The position numbers were made by a program, and so were the translations under genes. From Eubacteriales bacterium (GTDB taxonomy: Bacteria; Bacillota; Clostridia; Oscillospirales; CAG-272), in assembly GCA_045660325.1 (NCBI GenBank), contig JAZRDO010000022.1:12334-76333 (forward strand): a stretch of DNA of 64,000 nucleotides, written 5' to 3'. Positions 30,189-41,861 of this stretch are shown here, piece by piece; the first letter of the stretch is position 1, and each line of letters starts with the position of its first letter. The notes under the pieces are model-generated. The model searched no databases. It had not been told where the DNA came from and worked only from the letters and a program-made list of their open reading frames with translations.

Positions 30189-31217
30189 TTAGTCCAAAAG
30201 ATTTGATGCGTACATCATCGAGAGCAGGCAAAGACGGATATTTGCATTTGCTGAAAGGTCGTCTATTGCTTTTGCGATCGCCGTATACATATCCATAAGC
30301 CTCTCAAGGGTAAATTTCGTTGACAGCTCCGAGGCATATTCTACGTCGCTGTAGAAAATAAGCTCGGGAGAATCCGCCTTCTTGAGAATTATAAGATCGC
30401 GTAACGCGTGCTGGATCCGTATTAGCCTCGGGGTAATGTCGTGTCTCTTGCTTCCGAGCGAAGATATCATTTCAAATTTACTTGATCTTGATCGGTCAAG
30501 TGAGCAATTAATGAATTTCCTTGCTATCTCGCGCTCCGCCATTTCTTTTTTGCGGTCGCGGTCGTCAAGCAGGTCGATAGCCTTGCCGAGCGTTCCGCCC
30601 GATGCGAGAAGCATCTCCGAAAATTCCTCGGGGGATTCATCCATTATTTGTCTAGCCTTTTGATACTTGTCAAGTAGATACGATTTTACATCCTCGGTTG
30701 ATAATTTTTCAAGATGCAATATAGGGGCGCGGCTCTTGATGGTTTCAAGCAAAGCCGAGCTATCCTTACAAATGAGAACGAAAATGACATATTCGGGGGG
30801 CTCCTCAAGGGAGAGAAGCAGGGCATTTTGCGCCTGCAAAGTCATTTTGTCCGCATCCTCTATAATATACATTTTTATGGGCAGGTCGTTCGGGGAGATA
30901 TGAATGCTCTCCTTGATAAATCTTGCGGTATCAATACCGATGGTGACCTTGTCCGAGGCAACTCCCAAATTGATCACGTCGGGAGATTTTCCCGAGAGGA
31001 TCTTTTTGCAGGCCTCACATTTGCCGCAGGGGAGGGATGCTCCGTTTTTATTTTTGCAGGAGATCGCCGATGCGAGCTGAAGCGCTAAGGTGTGCCGTCC
31101 GCTGCCCTCGTTGCCCTCAAGAATAAACGCGTGGGAGACACTGCCATGCTCTACGTCATAAGAAAGGCGCTTCTTTATGCCTTCGTTACCTAAAAAGGTA
31201 CCGAAATAATTTTTCAT
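30189..31217 (-). CDS. holB: DNA polymerase III subunit delta'
   Basis: HAFILEGNEGSGRHTLA degenerate P-loop, zinc module CGKCEACKK, SRAP sensor motif (KSRAPIL). Confidence 0.8.
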   Translation of the reverse strand: MKNYFGTFLGNEGIKKRLSYDVEHGSVSHAFILEGNEGSGRHTLALQLASAISCKNKNGASLPCGKCEACKKILSGKSPDVINLGVASDKVTIGIDTARFIKESIHISPNDLPIKMYIIEDADKMTLQAQNALLLSLEEPPEYVIFVLICKDSSALLETIKSRAPILHLEKLSTEDVKSYLLDKYQKARQIMDESPEEFSEMLLASGGTLGKAIDLLDDRDRKKEMAEREIARKFINCSLDRSRSSKFEMISSLGSKRHDITPRLIRIQHALRDLIILKKADSPELIFYSDVEYASELSTKFTLERLMDMYTAIAKAIDDLSANANIRLCLLSMMYASNLLD

Positions 31218-31485
31218 ATTCTCCCCTCGCTTTCTTTTGAGATGAACGTATAGTAAATCAACTTATATTATACCAAAAATATTGAGCTTTGTCAAGAGAA
31301 AAAGTCCCGAGGTGCGGTGGTATTAATTTACTTTTCCGCACGTTGAAATACGTTCATTTTGCGCCTTTGAAGCGTTGCTCAAAAAAGTGTACAATTATGA
31401 TTATTGTCTTTTGTGCATATTGCGGAAAATACAAAAAACGGTCGAAAAATATAGCAATAATTGGTAAAAAAGGAGATACTTTTTC

Positions 31486-31514
31486 TTGACACAACCCGGT
31501 TTCTGTGTTATAAT
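31486..31514 (+). promoter_or_regulatory. Sigma-A promoter for the glycogen operon
   Basis: TTGACA, 17 nt spacer, then TG-n-TATAAT. Confidence 0.7.
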
Positions 31515-31573
31515 AAACAGTGGACAAAAGTCTTTATATTTATATATAAATATTATTAAAGGGGGCGCGTTTG

Positions 31574-33484
31574 ATGATCAAAAGAGACTGCTTGGCAGAT
31601 GATTATTATTTCCATACGGGTACCGCGTGCAGGGCATTTGAATACATGGGCTGCCATGCATACGGAAACAAGTATATTTTCAAGGTGTGGGCGCCCAATG
31701 CCGACTGTGTGTTCGTTGTAGGCGATTTTAACGGCTGGAGTGACGAGCACAAAATGGAGAAGATCACAAGAGCAGGGCTTTGGCAAATAGCCATTGACCG
31801 CGAGACTGTGAGCGAGGGCGACCTTTACAAATACAAGATAGTAAATTCGGGTAAGACGGTATACAAGGCAGACCCTTACGGATATAAAATGGAGGCTCCG
31901 CCTGCCGCGGCATCCGTGGTTTGCAATATTAACGGCTACAAGTGGCACGATCGCGGTTGGCTCAACCACCGAAGAAGACTTTTCGACGGCGCGGCGTACG
32001 ATCAGCCGATGAATATTTACGAGATCCATATGGGCTCGTGGAAGCGCCACGAGGACGGCAGATATTACACCTATGCCGAGCTTGCGGACGAGCTTGCGCC
32101 ATACGTAAAGCAAATGGGCTACACTCATATCGAGCTTATGCCGATAGCTGAGCATCCGTTTGACGGATCGTGGGGCTATCAGGTGACGGGATATTACGCA
32201 CCGACGGGAAGATACGGAACACCGACTGAGTTTATGGAGTTTATCGATTCTATGCATCAGGCGGGAATAGGCGTTATCCTTGACTGGGTTCCCGCACATT
32301 TCCCTAAGGACGACTTCGGTCTTTATGAATTTGACGGACAGCCCCTTTACGAATATCAGGGCCTTGACCGTCAGGAGCATAAGGTGTGGGGCACAAGAAA
32401 GTTTGACGTCGGTCGCGAGGAGGTACAGTCCTTCCTTATATCGAATGCGGTATATTGGGCGGACAAATACCATATCGACGGCTTGCGCGTAGATGCGGTG
32501 TCCTCAATGCTTTATCTTGACTTTGACAAGGATGACGGCGAGTGGCTTCCTAACGCTTACGGAGACAACAGATGCCTTGAGGCTATCGCGTTCTTCAAGA
32601 AGCTTAACGGCACGATGAAGAGGGAATTTCCCGACGTGCTTATGATAGCCGAGGAATCCAGCGCGTGGGACGGGATTACGTCCTCTGAGGGTGAGAACGC
32701 GCTTGGCTTTGATATGAAGTGGAATATGGGTTGGATGAACGATACCTTGGCTTACGTTAAGGAGGATCCCATTTACAGAAAGTATCATCACGAGAAGCTG
32801 ACCTTCCCGTTATGTTATGCCTTTAATGAAAAATACGTGCTTCCAATATCGCACGACGAGGTAGTTCACGGCAAGAAATCCTTCCTCGACAAGAATCCCG
32901 GCGACTATTGGAAAAAGTTTGCTGGCGCGAGAGTGTTCTACGCCTGGCAGATGACTCATCCCGGTAAGAAGCTCCACTTTATGAGTAACGAGATCGCGCA
33001 GTTTGCCGAATGGAATCACGATAAGGGCGTTGAGTGGTTTATGCTTGACTACGATATGCACGCGAAGTTCCAGCTTTACTGCTCTGAGCTCAATAATCTC
33101 TATCTCAAATATCCCGAGCTGTGGCAGTGTGATTCCTCCTGGGACGGCTTCAATTGGATTGACGTAAACAACAAGGAGCAGAGCATTATCGCATTTGAGC
33201 GAATCGATGCTAACGGCAGAAAGCTTCAGGTAATCCTGAACTTCACTCCTAATCCCTGCGAGGATTATTATCTCGGTCTTGACTCGGCGGGAACGTACGA
33301 GGAGATATTCAACTCCGACGACGAGAGATTCGGCGGCAGCGGAGTGGTAAATAAGGGTGTGAAATTCAAGGCGGAGAGAGGAGAAGACTTCGGTCATCCC
33401 TATTTCATCCGTATGAGAATTCCCCCGATGGGCGCATCAATTATTCGTTGCACCCGCAAAGCACAGAAAAATAATAAAAATTAA
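31574..33484 (+). CDS. glgB: 1,4-alpha-glucan branching enzyme
   Basis: GH13 blocks DWVPAHF, GLRVDAV, IAEES and SHDE, with an N-terminal CBM48-like region. Confidence 0.95.
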   Translation: MIKRDCLADDYYFHTGTACRAFEYMGCHAYGNKYIFKVWAPNADCVFVVGDFNGWSDEHKMEKITRAGLWQIAIDRETVSEGDLYKYKIVNSGKTVYKADPYGYKMEAPPAAASVVCNINGYKWHDRGWLNHRRRLFDGAAYDQPMNIYEIHMGSWKRHEDGRYYTYAELADELAPYVKQMGYTHIELMPIAEHPFDGSWGYQVTGYYAPTGRYGTPTEFMEFIDSMHQAGIGVILDWVPAHFPKDDFGLYEFDGQPLYEYQGLDRQEHKVWGTRKFDVGREEVQSFLISNAVYWADKYHIDGLRVDAVSSMLYLDFDKDDGEWLPNAYGDNRCLEAIAFFKKLNGTMKREFPDVLMIAEESSAWDGITSSEGENALGFDMKWNMGWMNDTLAYVKEDPIYRKYHHEKLTFPLCYAFNEKYVLPISHDEVVHGKKSFLDKNPGDYWKKFAGARVFYAWQMTHPGKKLHFMSNEIAQFAEWNHDKGVEWFMLDYDMHAKFQLYCSELNNLYLKYPELWQCDSSWDGFNWIDVNNKEQSIIAFERIDANGRKLQVILNFTPNPCEDYYLGLDSAGTYEEIFNSDDERFGGSGVVNKGVKFKAERGEDFGHPYFIRMRIPPMGASIIRCTRKAQKNNKN

Positions 33485-33506
33485 TAAATGCACAAGGAGA
33501 GGTTTT

Positions 33507-34691
33507 ATGTTCAAGAAAAAAGAATGTGTCGCTATGCTCTTAGCTGGCGGACAGGGCTCAAGACTTTATGCGCTCACAAAGAAAACTGCAAAGCCTGCAG
33601 TACCCTTCGGCGGCAAGTACAGAATTATTGACTTCCCGCTTTCAAACTGTGTAAATTCAGGCATTGACGCTATTGGTGTTCCTACACAGTATCGTCCGCT
33701 TGTGCTCAACGAATACATAGGAAACGGTCAGCCCTGGGATCTTGACCGTATTTACGGCGGCGTTAATATCCTTCCTCCTTATCAGGGTCAGAATTCTGCC
33801 GACTGGTATAAGGGAACTGCAAACGCTATTTATCAGAACCTTGAATTTATAAACAGATATGATCCCGATTACGTTCTCATTCTTTCGGGCGACCATATCT
33901 ACAAGATGGACTACGCGAAGATGCTCAAGTACCATAAGGAGAAGAATGCTGACTGTACGATCGCCGTTCTTGACGTGCCGATCGAGGAAGCATCGAGATT
34001 CGGTATCATGAGCACTAACGACGACGGCTCTATCTACAAATTTACTGAAAAGCCCAAGAATCCCGACTCCACAAAGGCGTCCATGGGTATTTATATCTTT
34101 AATGCCGATAAGCTTCGCTCCTATCTTGAGGCGGATGAGGCTACTGAGGGCTCGGCTAACGACTTTGGTAAGAACATTATCCCCAATATGCTCGCGGCAG
34201 GTGAGAGAATGTTCGCTTATTCCTTCGACGGATATTGGAAGGACGTAGGAACTATTTCTTCTCTTTGGGAAGCGAATATGGACCTTCTCGGCAAAAACCC
34301 TGTGCTTGATCTTGGTGACAATACGTGGAGAATTTATTCCCGTCACTCCGCAAACGGACCTCAGTTCGTGGGAGCTGACGCGGTTGTTGAAAACTGCTAT
34401 ATTACAGAGGGCTGTGAAATTTACGGCACGGCAAAGAACTGCGTTATCGGCGCAGGCGTTAAGATAGGTAAGGGCGCTGTTGTTTGTGATAGCGTGCTTA
34501 TGGGCGATACTGTTATCGGCGACGGCGCGGTTGTTAATTACTCTATTATCGATACGGGCGTTACGATCGGTAATGGTGCGACAGTTGGCGCAGAGAAGGC
34601 TGACGGTGTTGAAATAGCGGTTATAGGCGAAGACGTTGAGATCGAAGACGGCGCATGCATTCCCGCAGGCGCTATGATCTCCGAGGAATAA
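33507..34691 (+). CDS. glgC: Glucose-1-phosphate adenylyltransferase
   Basis: LAGGQGSRL nucleotide-binding motif and a C-terminal left-handed beta-helix. Confidence 0.95.
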   Translation: MFKKKECVAMLLAGGQGSRLYALTKKTAKPAVPFGGKYRIIDFPLSNCVNSGIDAIGVPTQYRPLVLNEYIGNGQPWDLDRIYGGVNILPPYQGQNSADWYKGTANAIYQNLEFINRYDPDYVLILSGDHIYKMDYAKMLKYHKEKNADCTIAVLDVPIEEASRFGIMSTNDDGSIYKFTEKPKNPDSTKASMGIYIFNADKLRSYLEADEATEGSANDFGKNIIPNMLAAGERMFAYSFDGYWKDVGTISSLWEANMDLLGKNPVLDLGDNTWRIYSRHSANGPQFVGADAVVENCYITEGCEIYGTAKNCVIGAGVKIGKGAVVCDSVLMGDTVIGDGAVVNYSIIDTGVTIGNGATVGAEKADGVEIAVIGEDVEIEDGACIPAGAMISEE

Positions 34692-34708
34692 TTGAGGAGG
34701 ACAGAATA

Positions 34709-35842
34709 ATGACGGCAGTAGGTTTAATATTTACTAACATTCACGATAACAGCATTCCCGAGCTTACAAGAATGAGAACTACCGCAAGTATTCCTTTCGG
34801 CGGTAGATATCGTCTTATCGACTTTATGCTCTCTAATATGGTTAATTCGGGCATTATCAAGGTTGGCGTGCTTACACACAATAATTACCAGTCCCTTCTC
34901 GACCACCTTGAGACAGGTAAGGACTGGGATCTCGCAAGACGCTCTGGCGGTATCAAGATCCTTCCGCCTTACATAGCTTCCTTTGAAAATACTACATCGG
35001 GCAGATACCGTTCCTCCCGTCTTGAGGCTCTCAAGGGCGCTGTAAACTTTATTTCCCGTTGTAACGAGGAATACGTGGTTATGTCCGACTGTGATATCAT
35101 CTGTAATATCGATCTTCAGAAGGTTATCGAGGCTCACGCGAAGAGTGGCGCTGATATTACCTTCGTTACAAAGAAGAGCGATCTTACAGGCTATACGTCT
35201 CCCGAAAAGCTCCTTATCGCCGAAACCGACGAGACGGGCAGGATCGTTGACTTCACGGAAAGAAAGACCTTTGACGGCGTATGCAACGTATACGCGAACA
35301 TTATGGTTATGAAGAGAGAGTATCTTCTCGGTATCGTTCAGGACGCTATCGCTCACGGCGATACAAGCTTCCTTTACGACGTTATCAACCGTAAGACAAA
35401 GAGCTCCGACTTCAGAATCTATGACTATGAGGGCTGGTATGACAGAATCGGCTCTATGGAGGAATATTTCTCCTGCTCAATGAAGCTTCTCGGCGCAGAG
35501 GCAAGAGAAGGACTCTTCGGTGTTAAGAATCATCCCATTCTTACAAAGGTTCGTAACTCTGCTCCCACACGCTACTGCGAGGGCGCGTCGGTTAAGAATT
35601 CCGTGGTTGCAGACGGCTGTATCATTGAGGGTACGGTTGAAAACTCCATCATTTTCCGTGGCGTTAAGGTTTGTCGCGGCGCGGTTGTCAAGAACTCCAT
35701 CCTTTTCCAGGATACCTACGTTTGTGAGGGTGCATCTCTCAACTGTGTAATTACGGATAAGAACGTTACTATCAAGGACGGCAGAACGCTCTCAGGACAC
35801 GAGAGCATGCCCTTCTATATCGGTAAGAAGGTAACTGTTTGA
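34709..35842 (+). CDS. glgD: Glucose-1-phosphate adenylyltransferase regulatory subunit
   Basis: GlgC paralog lacking the GGxGxRL motif, sitting directly after glgC. GAGGAGG RBS before the ATG at 34709. Confidence 0.85.
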   Translation: MTAVGLIFTNIHDNSIPELTRMRTTASIPFGGRYRLIDFMLSNMVNSGIIKVGVLTHNNYQSLLDHLETGKDWDLARRSGGIKILPPYIASFENTTSGRYRSSRLEALKGAVNFISRCNEEYVVMSDCDIICNIDLQKVIEAHAKSGADITFVTKKSDLTGYTSPEKLLIAETDETGRIVDFTERKTFDGVCNVYANIMVMKREYLLGIVQDAIAHGDTSFLYDVINRKTKSSDFRIYDYEGWYDRIGSMEEYFSCSMKLLGAEAREGLFGVKNHPILTKVRNSAPTRYCEGASVKNSVVADGCIIEGTVENSIIFRGVKVCRGAVVKNSILFQDTYVCEGASLNCVITDKNVTIKDGRTLSGHESMPFYIGKKVTV

Positions 35843-35850
35843 TTATATTT

Positions 35851-35879
35851 CCTTATCGGGTGGACTCCACCCGATAAGG
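35851..35879 (+). promoter_or_regulatory. Strong intra-operon hairpin between glgD and glgA (processing or partial termination site?)
   Basis: 12-13 bp perfect stem CCTTATCGGGTGG/CCACCCGATAAGG with no proper T-tract. Confidence 0.4.
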
Positions 35880-35934
35880 TGCTTTATTCGGGATTATCCC
35901 GAGTCCCAATCTATTGAAAGGAAACAGCAAAAAT

Positions 35935-37377
35935 ATGAAGAAAATACTTTTTGTCGGCGCTGAAGTAATGCCATTTGCCGCAACGGGCGGTCTTGGCGAC
36001 GTTATGGGCTCTCTCCCTGCGGCTATCAAGGCGAGCGAGAAATCAAACGTTGACGTACGAGTTGTGCTTCCTCTTTACTCCGCGGTAAAGCCCGAGTGGA
36101 GAGCGCAAATGAAGGATGAGGCAGTGTTTTACGTATCTCTTTCCTGGAGAAATCAGTACTGCGGTGTTAAGAGTCTTCAAAAGGACGGCGTGACATATTA
36201 TTTTATAGATAACGAATATTATTTCAAGAGAGAGGCTCTTTACGGCTATTATGACGATGCCGAGAGATACGCGTTCTTCTCAAAGGCAGTTCTTGAGATG
36301 ATGGCTCATCTTGATTTCTATCCCGACGTTATGCACGCCAACGACTGGCAGTCGGCTCTCTCCGTAATTTATCTCAACGAAAAGTTCAGATACAGAGAAG
36401 GTTACGAGAATATAAAGAGCGTTTACACTATCCATAATATTGAGTATCAGGGTAAGTACAGCTTTGAAACCCTTACCGACGTGCTTGATCTCGGTCAGGA
36501 GCATTATGCTCTTATGAGATACGATGGCTGTGTAAATCTTATGAAGGGCGCGATCGAGTGTGCGGATCTCGTAAGCACGGTAAGCCCCAGATACGCCGAG
36601 GAAATTCAAACGAGTGAATATTCTCACGGACTTTACCACATCCTTGAGAAGAACGCTCATAAGCTTTCGGGCATTCTCAACGGTATTGATTACGTATATT
36701 ACAATCCCTCAAAGGATACCGCGATCGTTAAGAATTACGATAGACGTAATTTTGCTTCGGGCAAGGCAGAGAACAAGATGGCCCTCCAAAGAGAGTACGG
36801 ACTTCCCGTAAGAGCAGACGTTCCGATGCTTGCGATCATTTCAAGACTTGCATCCCATAAGGGACTTGATATCGTGTCGCAGATGGTATACGAGCTTGTA
36901 GGCTCAAGAGATATTCAGCTTGTAATTCTCGGTAAGGGCGAGGCAAAGTACGAGGACTTCTTCCGCGGTCTTGAGGCGGCATATCCCGATAAGGTGCGCG
37001 CGCTTCTTTTGTACGACAGAGACCTCTCCAAGAGAATTTACGCGGCAGCGGATATCTTCCTTATGCCGTCCAAGAGTGAGCCCTGCGGACTTTCTCAGAT
37101 GATCGCGTCAAGATACGGCGCACTTCCCGTAGTTCGTGAAACGGGCGGTCTTTACGACTCCATTAAGCCGTATTGGATCGACAACGGCGAGATCAAGGGC
37201 AACGGCTTTACGTTTGCAAATTATTACGCTCACGAGCTGCTTGCAAAGTCAAACGAGGCAATTGACCTCTATCTGGATAAGCCCGCGTATAAGAAGCTCG
37301 CTTCTAAGGTTATGGGAACGGACTTCTCATGGAGCGCATCCGCTAAAAAATATATGGAGATGTACGATTCTATCTGA
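35935..37377 (+). CDS. glgA: Glycogen synthase
   Basis: N-terminal AEVMPFAATGGLGDV motif; GT5 architecture. Confidence 0.95.
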   Translation: MKKILFVGAEVMPFAATGGLGDVMGSLPAAIKASEKSNVDVRVVLPLYSAVKPEWRAQMKDEAVFYVSLSWRNQYCGVKSLQKDGVTYYFIDNEYYFKREALYGYYDDAERYAFFSKAVLEMMAHLDFYPDVMHANDWQSALSVIYLNEKFRYREGYENIKSVYTIHNIEYQGKYSFETLTDVLDLGQEHYALMRYDGCVNLMKGAIECADLVSTVSPRYAEEIQTSEYSHGLYHILEKNAHKLSGILNGIDYVYYNPSKDTAIVKNYDRRNFASGKAENKMALQREYGLPVRADVPMLAIISRLASHKGLDIVSQMVYELVGSRDIQLVILGKGEAKYEDFFRGLEAAYPDKVRALLLYDRDLSKRIYAAADIFLMPSKSEPCGLSQMIASRYGALPVVRETGGLYDSIKPYWIDNGEIKGNGFTFANYYAHELLAKSNEAIDLYLDKPAYKKLASKVMGTDFSWSASAKKYMEMYDSI

Positions 37378-37433
37378 TATATCTTCTCGCTATACATAGG
37401 GGATACGCCCCGAAAGAAAGGTAATAAACTTCA

Positions 37434-39860
37434 ATGAACAACAAAAATTTAAACTCAGCACAAATCAAAGAAAACGTTGAAATAAAGCTCTCAAGATACT
37501 TTGGCTGCACACCTGCCGAGGCATCCGACGAGCAGATGTATAAGGCAGTCGCTATGACCGTAAGAGATATTCTTACGGAGAAGAGAGGCGAATTCAAGAA
37601 GGAAGTAAATAAGCAGGGCGCAAAGCGCGTTTACTATATGTGCATGGAATTCCTTCTCGGCAGATCCTTAAAGACGAACCTTTGCAATCTCGGTCTTGAT
37701 AAGGAATATGCAAGCGCCCTCGACACTATGGGCTTTGATCTTGACAGACTTTTCTCCTGCGAGCCCGATGCAGGTCTCGGTAACGGCGGTCTCGGCCGTC
37801 TCGCCGCTTGCTTTATGGATTCCTTGTCCTCTCTCGATTATCCTGCGACAGGCTTCTCGCTTTGCTATGAGTACGGTCTTTTCCGTCAGATGATAGTTGA
37901 CGGAATGCAGGTAGAGCTTCCCGACGTATGGCTTCCCGGTGGCGAGGTTTGGCTTCTTCCGAGAACTCACCGCTGCTTCGTAGTTCGCTTCGGCGGTAGA
38001 GTTAACGAAAAGTGGGTTGACGGTAAGCATGAGATATCCTATGATGGCGGCAATGAGATCGAGGCTGTTCCTTACGATATGATGATATCGGGCGCTGACA
38101 GTGATGCGGTAAGCAGACTCCGTTTGTGGCGCGCAAGAGACCTTCGTAAGTTCGATATGGGACTTTTCACACAGGGTCAGTATCACAAGGCGGTTGAGCA
38201 TAGAACAAACGCCGAAACTCTCACAAAGGTGCTTTATCCCTCGGATAACCACGCTGAAGGTAAGCTTCTCCGTCTCTCCCAGCAGTATTTCCTCGTTTCC
38301 GCATCCGTGCAGAGTATTATCCGAGATCACATGGCGGTTTACGGCACGCTTGAAAACCTTGAGGACAAGATTGCTATTCATATTAACGATACACATCCCG
38401 CGCTCTGTATTCCCGAGCTTATGAGAATCCTTATGGATGATTATTTCTACTCCTGGGAAGCAGCTTGGGATAAGGTTGTAAAGATTTGTTCTTATACTAA
38501 TCACACGGTTCTTCCCGAGGCTCTCGAGACATGGAACGAGGATCTCTTCGCTCTTACTCTCCCGAGAATCCACATGATCGTTAAGGAGATCAACGAGAGA
38601 TTCTGTCGCGAGGCTTGGAATGCATTCCCCGGCAACTGGCAGGGAATATCCAGAATGAGTGTTGTAGGCTACGGCTCAGTTCGTATGGCTAACCTTTCCG
38701 TAATCGGCTCTCACTCGGTAAACGGCGTATCTAAGCTCCATTCCGATATTTTGAAGGACTCCGTATTCCACGATTTCTATAAGCTTTATCCGAATAGATT
38801 TGAGAACGTAACTAACGGTATTGCACACCGCCGTTGGCTCTGCTATTCCAACCCCGAGCTTGCGACTTTGCTTGACGATTGCATCGGTACGGGCTACCGC
38901 CACAATCCTGTTGAGCTTGAGAACTTCAAGAAGTTTGCTGACGACTCTGCGGTTCTTGAAAGATATGCCGAGATAAAGCATAACAATAAGATCAAATTTG
39001 CTAACCATCTGTATGCAAAGACGGGTAAGAAAATTGATACGAATTCTCTTTACGACGTACAGATCAAGAGACTTCACGAATATAAGAGACAGCTTCTTAA
39101 CGTGCTCAATATCATAGGTCTTTACCTTGATCTCAAGGAGAATCCCAACCTCGATATTCAGCCTCAGACATTTATTTTCGGCGCGAAGGCGGCTCCCGGC
39201 TACCATATGGCAAAGAGAATAATTCAGCTCATTTCTCTTATCTCCAAGGATATCGATCAGAATCCCAGAATCAAGGAGAAGCTCAACGTTGTATTCCTTG
39301 AAAACTACGACGTAAGCACTGCGGAAATTCTTATTCCTTCCGCTGAAATCAGCCAGCAGATATCTCTTGCGGGTAAGGAAGCAAGCGGTACGGGCTGTAT
39401 GAAGCTTATGATCAACGGTGCGCTCACTATCGGTACACTCGACGGTGCGAACGTTGAAATGCTTGAGGCAGTAGGCAAGGAAAATATGTATATCTTCGGT
39501 CTTACAAGCCGTGAGGTTGACGAGCTTTGGCTCCGCGGATACCGTTCCGCTGAGTTCTATACGAACAACGAGCGTCTTAAGAGAATCGTAAATTACCTTA
39601 CTATCGGCTTTGCGGGCGAATCCTTCGCGGATATAGCGACTTATCTCTTGGCAGGTCACGGAATTGCAGACCCCTATATGTGTCTTGCGGATTTCGAGTC
39701 CTACAGACTTACTCACGACAAGATGATCTCCGCATATGCGAACCGTCGCGAATGGACAAAGATGGCGCTTCTCAATACTGCGAGCGCAGGTTACTTTGCG
39801 GCTGACAGATGTATTGATGAATACGCGGATAAGTTCTGGGGCATTAAGCCTTTAAAATAA
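37434..39860 (+). CDS. glgP: Glycogen/maltodextrin phosphorylase
   Basis: GT35 family. PLP-lysine region EASGTGCMKLMINGA. 808 aa. Confidence 0.95.
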   Translation: MNNKNLNSAQIKENVEIKLSRYFGCTPAEASDEQMYKAVAMTVRDILTEKRGEFKKEVNKQGAKRVYYMCMEFLLGRSLKTNLCNLGLDKEYASALDTMGFDLDRLFSCEPDAGLGNGGLGRLAACFMDSLSSLDYPATGFSLCYEYGLFRQMIVDGMQVELPDVWLPGGEVWLLPRTHRCFVVRFGGRVNEKWVDGKHEISYDGGNEIEAVPYDMMISGADSDAVSRLRLWRARDLRKFDMGLFTQGQYHKAVEHRTNAETLTKVLYPSDNHAEGKLLRLSQQYFLVSASVQSIIRDHMAVYGTLENLEDKIAIHINDTHPALCIPELMRILMDDYFYSWEAAWDKVVKICSYTNHTVLPEALETWNEDLFALTLPRIHMIVKEINERFCREAWNAFPGNWQGISRMSVVGYGSVRMANLSVIGSHSVNGVSKLHSDILKDSVFHDFYKLYPNRFENVTNGIAHRRWLCYSNPELATLLDDCIGTGYRHNPVELENFKKFADDSAVLERYAEIKHNNKIKFANHLYAKTGKKIDTNSLYDVQIKRLHEYKRQLLNVLNIIGLYLDLKENPNLDIQPQTFIFGAKAAPGYHMAKRIIQLISLISKDIDQNPRIKEKLNVVFLENYDVSTAEILIPSAEISQQISLAGKEASGTGCMKLMINGALTIGTLDGANVEMLEAVGKENMYIFGLTSREVDELWLRGYRSAEFYTNNERLKRIVNYLTIGFAGESFADIATYLLAGHGIADPYMCLADFESYRLTHDKMISAYANRREWTKMALLNTASAGYFAADRCIDEYADKFWGIKPLK

Positions 39861-39896
39861 CTTTCAATTAAGCTAAGAAAGGCAAAAGACAATATT

Positions 39897-41831
39897 ATGT
39901 TGCCTAAATTATTTTACGACATTGAGAAAAACAGTGATTGCAAAATAAAGAAATTCATCTCTTGCGAGGACGTCTCCCACCTGGGAGCGTTCTCGTACGG
40001 AGAAATTATTGATTTTGAATTTTCGGTTTCAAGAGCGCTCGGTGCTCGCGGTGTGGTTTTGAGAATTGCGCCCGATGGCCGCGCGGATATCGATATGCCG
40101 CTTGAATTTTCGGGCTCGGACGGAGTTCACGATATTTATACGGTTGCGGTCGATACCGCGAAGCTTTGCGGAGCGGACGGCTACGGACTTTTCTATTACG
40201 AATTCCTGCTTCTTCGCGGCTTCAATACGCTCTTTACCAATACATATAACAATTACGATTTTGAGATCTCCGAGCGTGGCGGTAAAAGATTCCGACTGCT
40301 TGTATCTGAGAAGGATTACAAGCTGCCCGAGAGCTTCGGCAAGGGTGTCATGTATCACGTTTTTGTCGATCGCTTTTATCGTGGAGAGGGCGAATGCGTT
40401 GATAATATCCGTTGCCGTGAGGATGCAGTAATGAATCCGAACTGGGAATACGGTATTCCGCAGTATGCAAAGCGCGCGGGTGATCCTTTAAAGAATAACG
40501 AATTCTTCGGCGGTACTCTTTACGGTGTTATACAAAAGCTTGATTATTTGAAGAGCCTGTCCGTAAAGACTATCTATCTGAGCCCTATCTTTGAGGCGTA
40601 CTCAAATCATAAATACGACACGGGCAATTATATGAAGGTCGACGATATGTTCGGCGGCGACGAGGCATTTGAGCTTTTGCTTAAGAAGGCAAAGGAATAC
40701 GGCATGGGCATTATCCTTGACGGCGTGTTCAACCATACGGGCGATAACAGCCTTTACTTTAATAAGTACGGCAAATACGGCATGGGTGGAGCATACAGAA
40801 GAGAGGAATCTCCCTATCGCAATTGGTATTTCTTCAAGAATTGGCCCGAGCAGTACGAATCCTGGTGGGGAATAGATATACTGCCGAAATTAAATCACGA
40901 AAACGAATCCTGCCGCGCTCTTATTACGGGCGAGGGAGGAGTTATAGAAAAATATACTAAAATGGGTATTGCGGGCTGGCGACTCGACGTAGCGGATGAG
41001 CTTTCGGATAAGCTTCTCGACGAGCTTCGCGAGGTTGCAAAGCGCGAGAGTAACGGTGAGGCGGTCATTATCGGCGAGGTTTGGGAAAACGCGTGCGATA
41101 AAATGGCTTACGGTAACCGAAGAAGATATTTCTCGGGCAGGCAGCTTGACAGTGTAATGAACTATCCATTGAAGAACGCTATCGTCGGATTTTGTCAGTT
41201 TGGCGATGCGCAGATGCTTTACGATACCTTGACCGAAATATACGCGTCGTATCCGAGGGAGGTCTCAAAGCGACTTATGAATCTTCTCGGTACACACGAT
41301 ACCGAGAGAATTTTGACCGTCTTGGGAAGCGATTTTGAGGACTTTGAGGGTACGAACGACGAGCTGTCCACAAGAAGACTTGCGGAAGAGAAGCGTGATA
41401 TGGCACTCAGGATGCTCAAGATCGCGGCGGCTATTCAGTATACCGTTTACGGTATTCCGTCGGTATTTTACGGTGATGAGGTAGGTCTTGAGGGCTTCCG
41501 CGATCCATTCTGCCGTATGCCTTTCCCGTGGCGTGATATGAACGACGGATATCGTGGGGATCTGCTTTCTTACTATCGACGTCTCGGTGAGATAAGAGAA
41601 AATAATCCCGTGCTGTCAGACGGTGATTTCTATATCGTCAAGCACGACGAGTCCAGCATCGCGTACGTTCGTGAAAATGCGACCGATAGGATTCTTATAA
41701 TAGCCAACAGAGGCGACAGCTTTACGTTTGATATTCCCGAGGGCGAAAGATACTGCGATCTTCTTGACGGTAAAGCCTATGAGAACAGTATTTACGTTCC
41801 TTGTGATAGCGTAATGATTCTTAAATTATAA
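39897..41831 (+). CDS. Cytoplasmic GH13 enzyme (neopullulanase / amylo-alpha-1,6-glucosidase-like)
   Basis: GH13 blocks DGVFNHTG, GWRLDVADE, GEVWE and LLGTHD. An N-terminal extra domain is present; no signal peptide. Confidence 0.8.
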   Translation: MLPKLFYDIEKNSDCKIKKFISCEDVSHLGAFSYGEIIDFEFSVSRALGARGVVLRIAPDGRADIDMPLEFSGSDGVHDIYTVAVDTAKLCGADGYGLFYYEFLLLRGFNTLFTNTYNNYDFEISERGGKRFRLLVSEKDYKLPESFGKGVMYHVFVDRFYRGEGECVDNIRCREDAVMNPNWEYGIPQYAKRAGDPLKNNEFFGGTLYGVIQKLDYLKSLSVKTIYLSPIFEAYSNHKYDTGNYMKVDDMFGGDEAFELLLKKAKEYGMGIILDGVFNHTGDNSLYFNKYGKYGMGGAYRREESPYRNWYFFKNWPEQYESWWGIDILPKLNHENESCRALITGEGGVIEKYTKMGIAGWRLDVADELSDKLLDELREVAKRESNGEAVIIGEVWENACDKMAYGNRRRYFSGRQLDSVMNYPLKNAIVGFCQFGDAQMLYDTLTEIYASYPREVSKRLMNLLGTHDTERILTVLGSDFEDFEGTNDELSTRRLAEEKRDMALRMLKIAAAIQYTVYGIPSVFYGDEVGLEGFRDPFCRMPFPWRDMNDGYRGDLLSYYRRLGEIRENNPVLSDGDFYIVKHDESSIAYVRENATDRILIIANRGDSFTFDIPEGERYCDLLDGKAYENSIYVPCDSVMILKL

Positions 41832-41861
41832 TTCAATTTCGCAGAAAGAGAGGAGTTGTCT

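Noticed and set aside
31289-31489. 66-aa ORF in the holB-glgB intergenic region.
   Set aside because: It has no RBS and a lysine/cysteine-rich, odd composition, and it overlaps the glg promoter region. Probably spurious.
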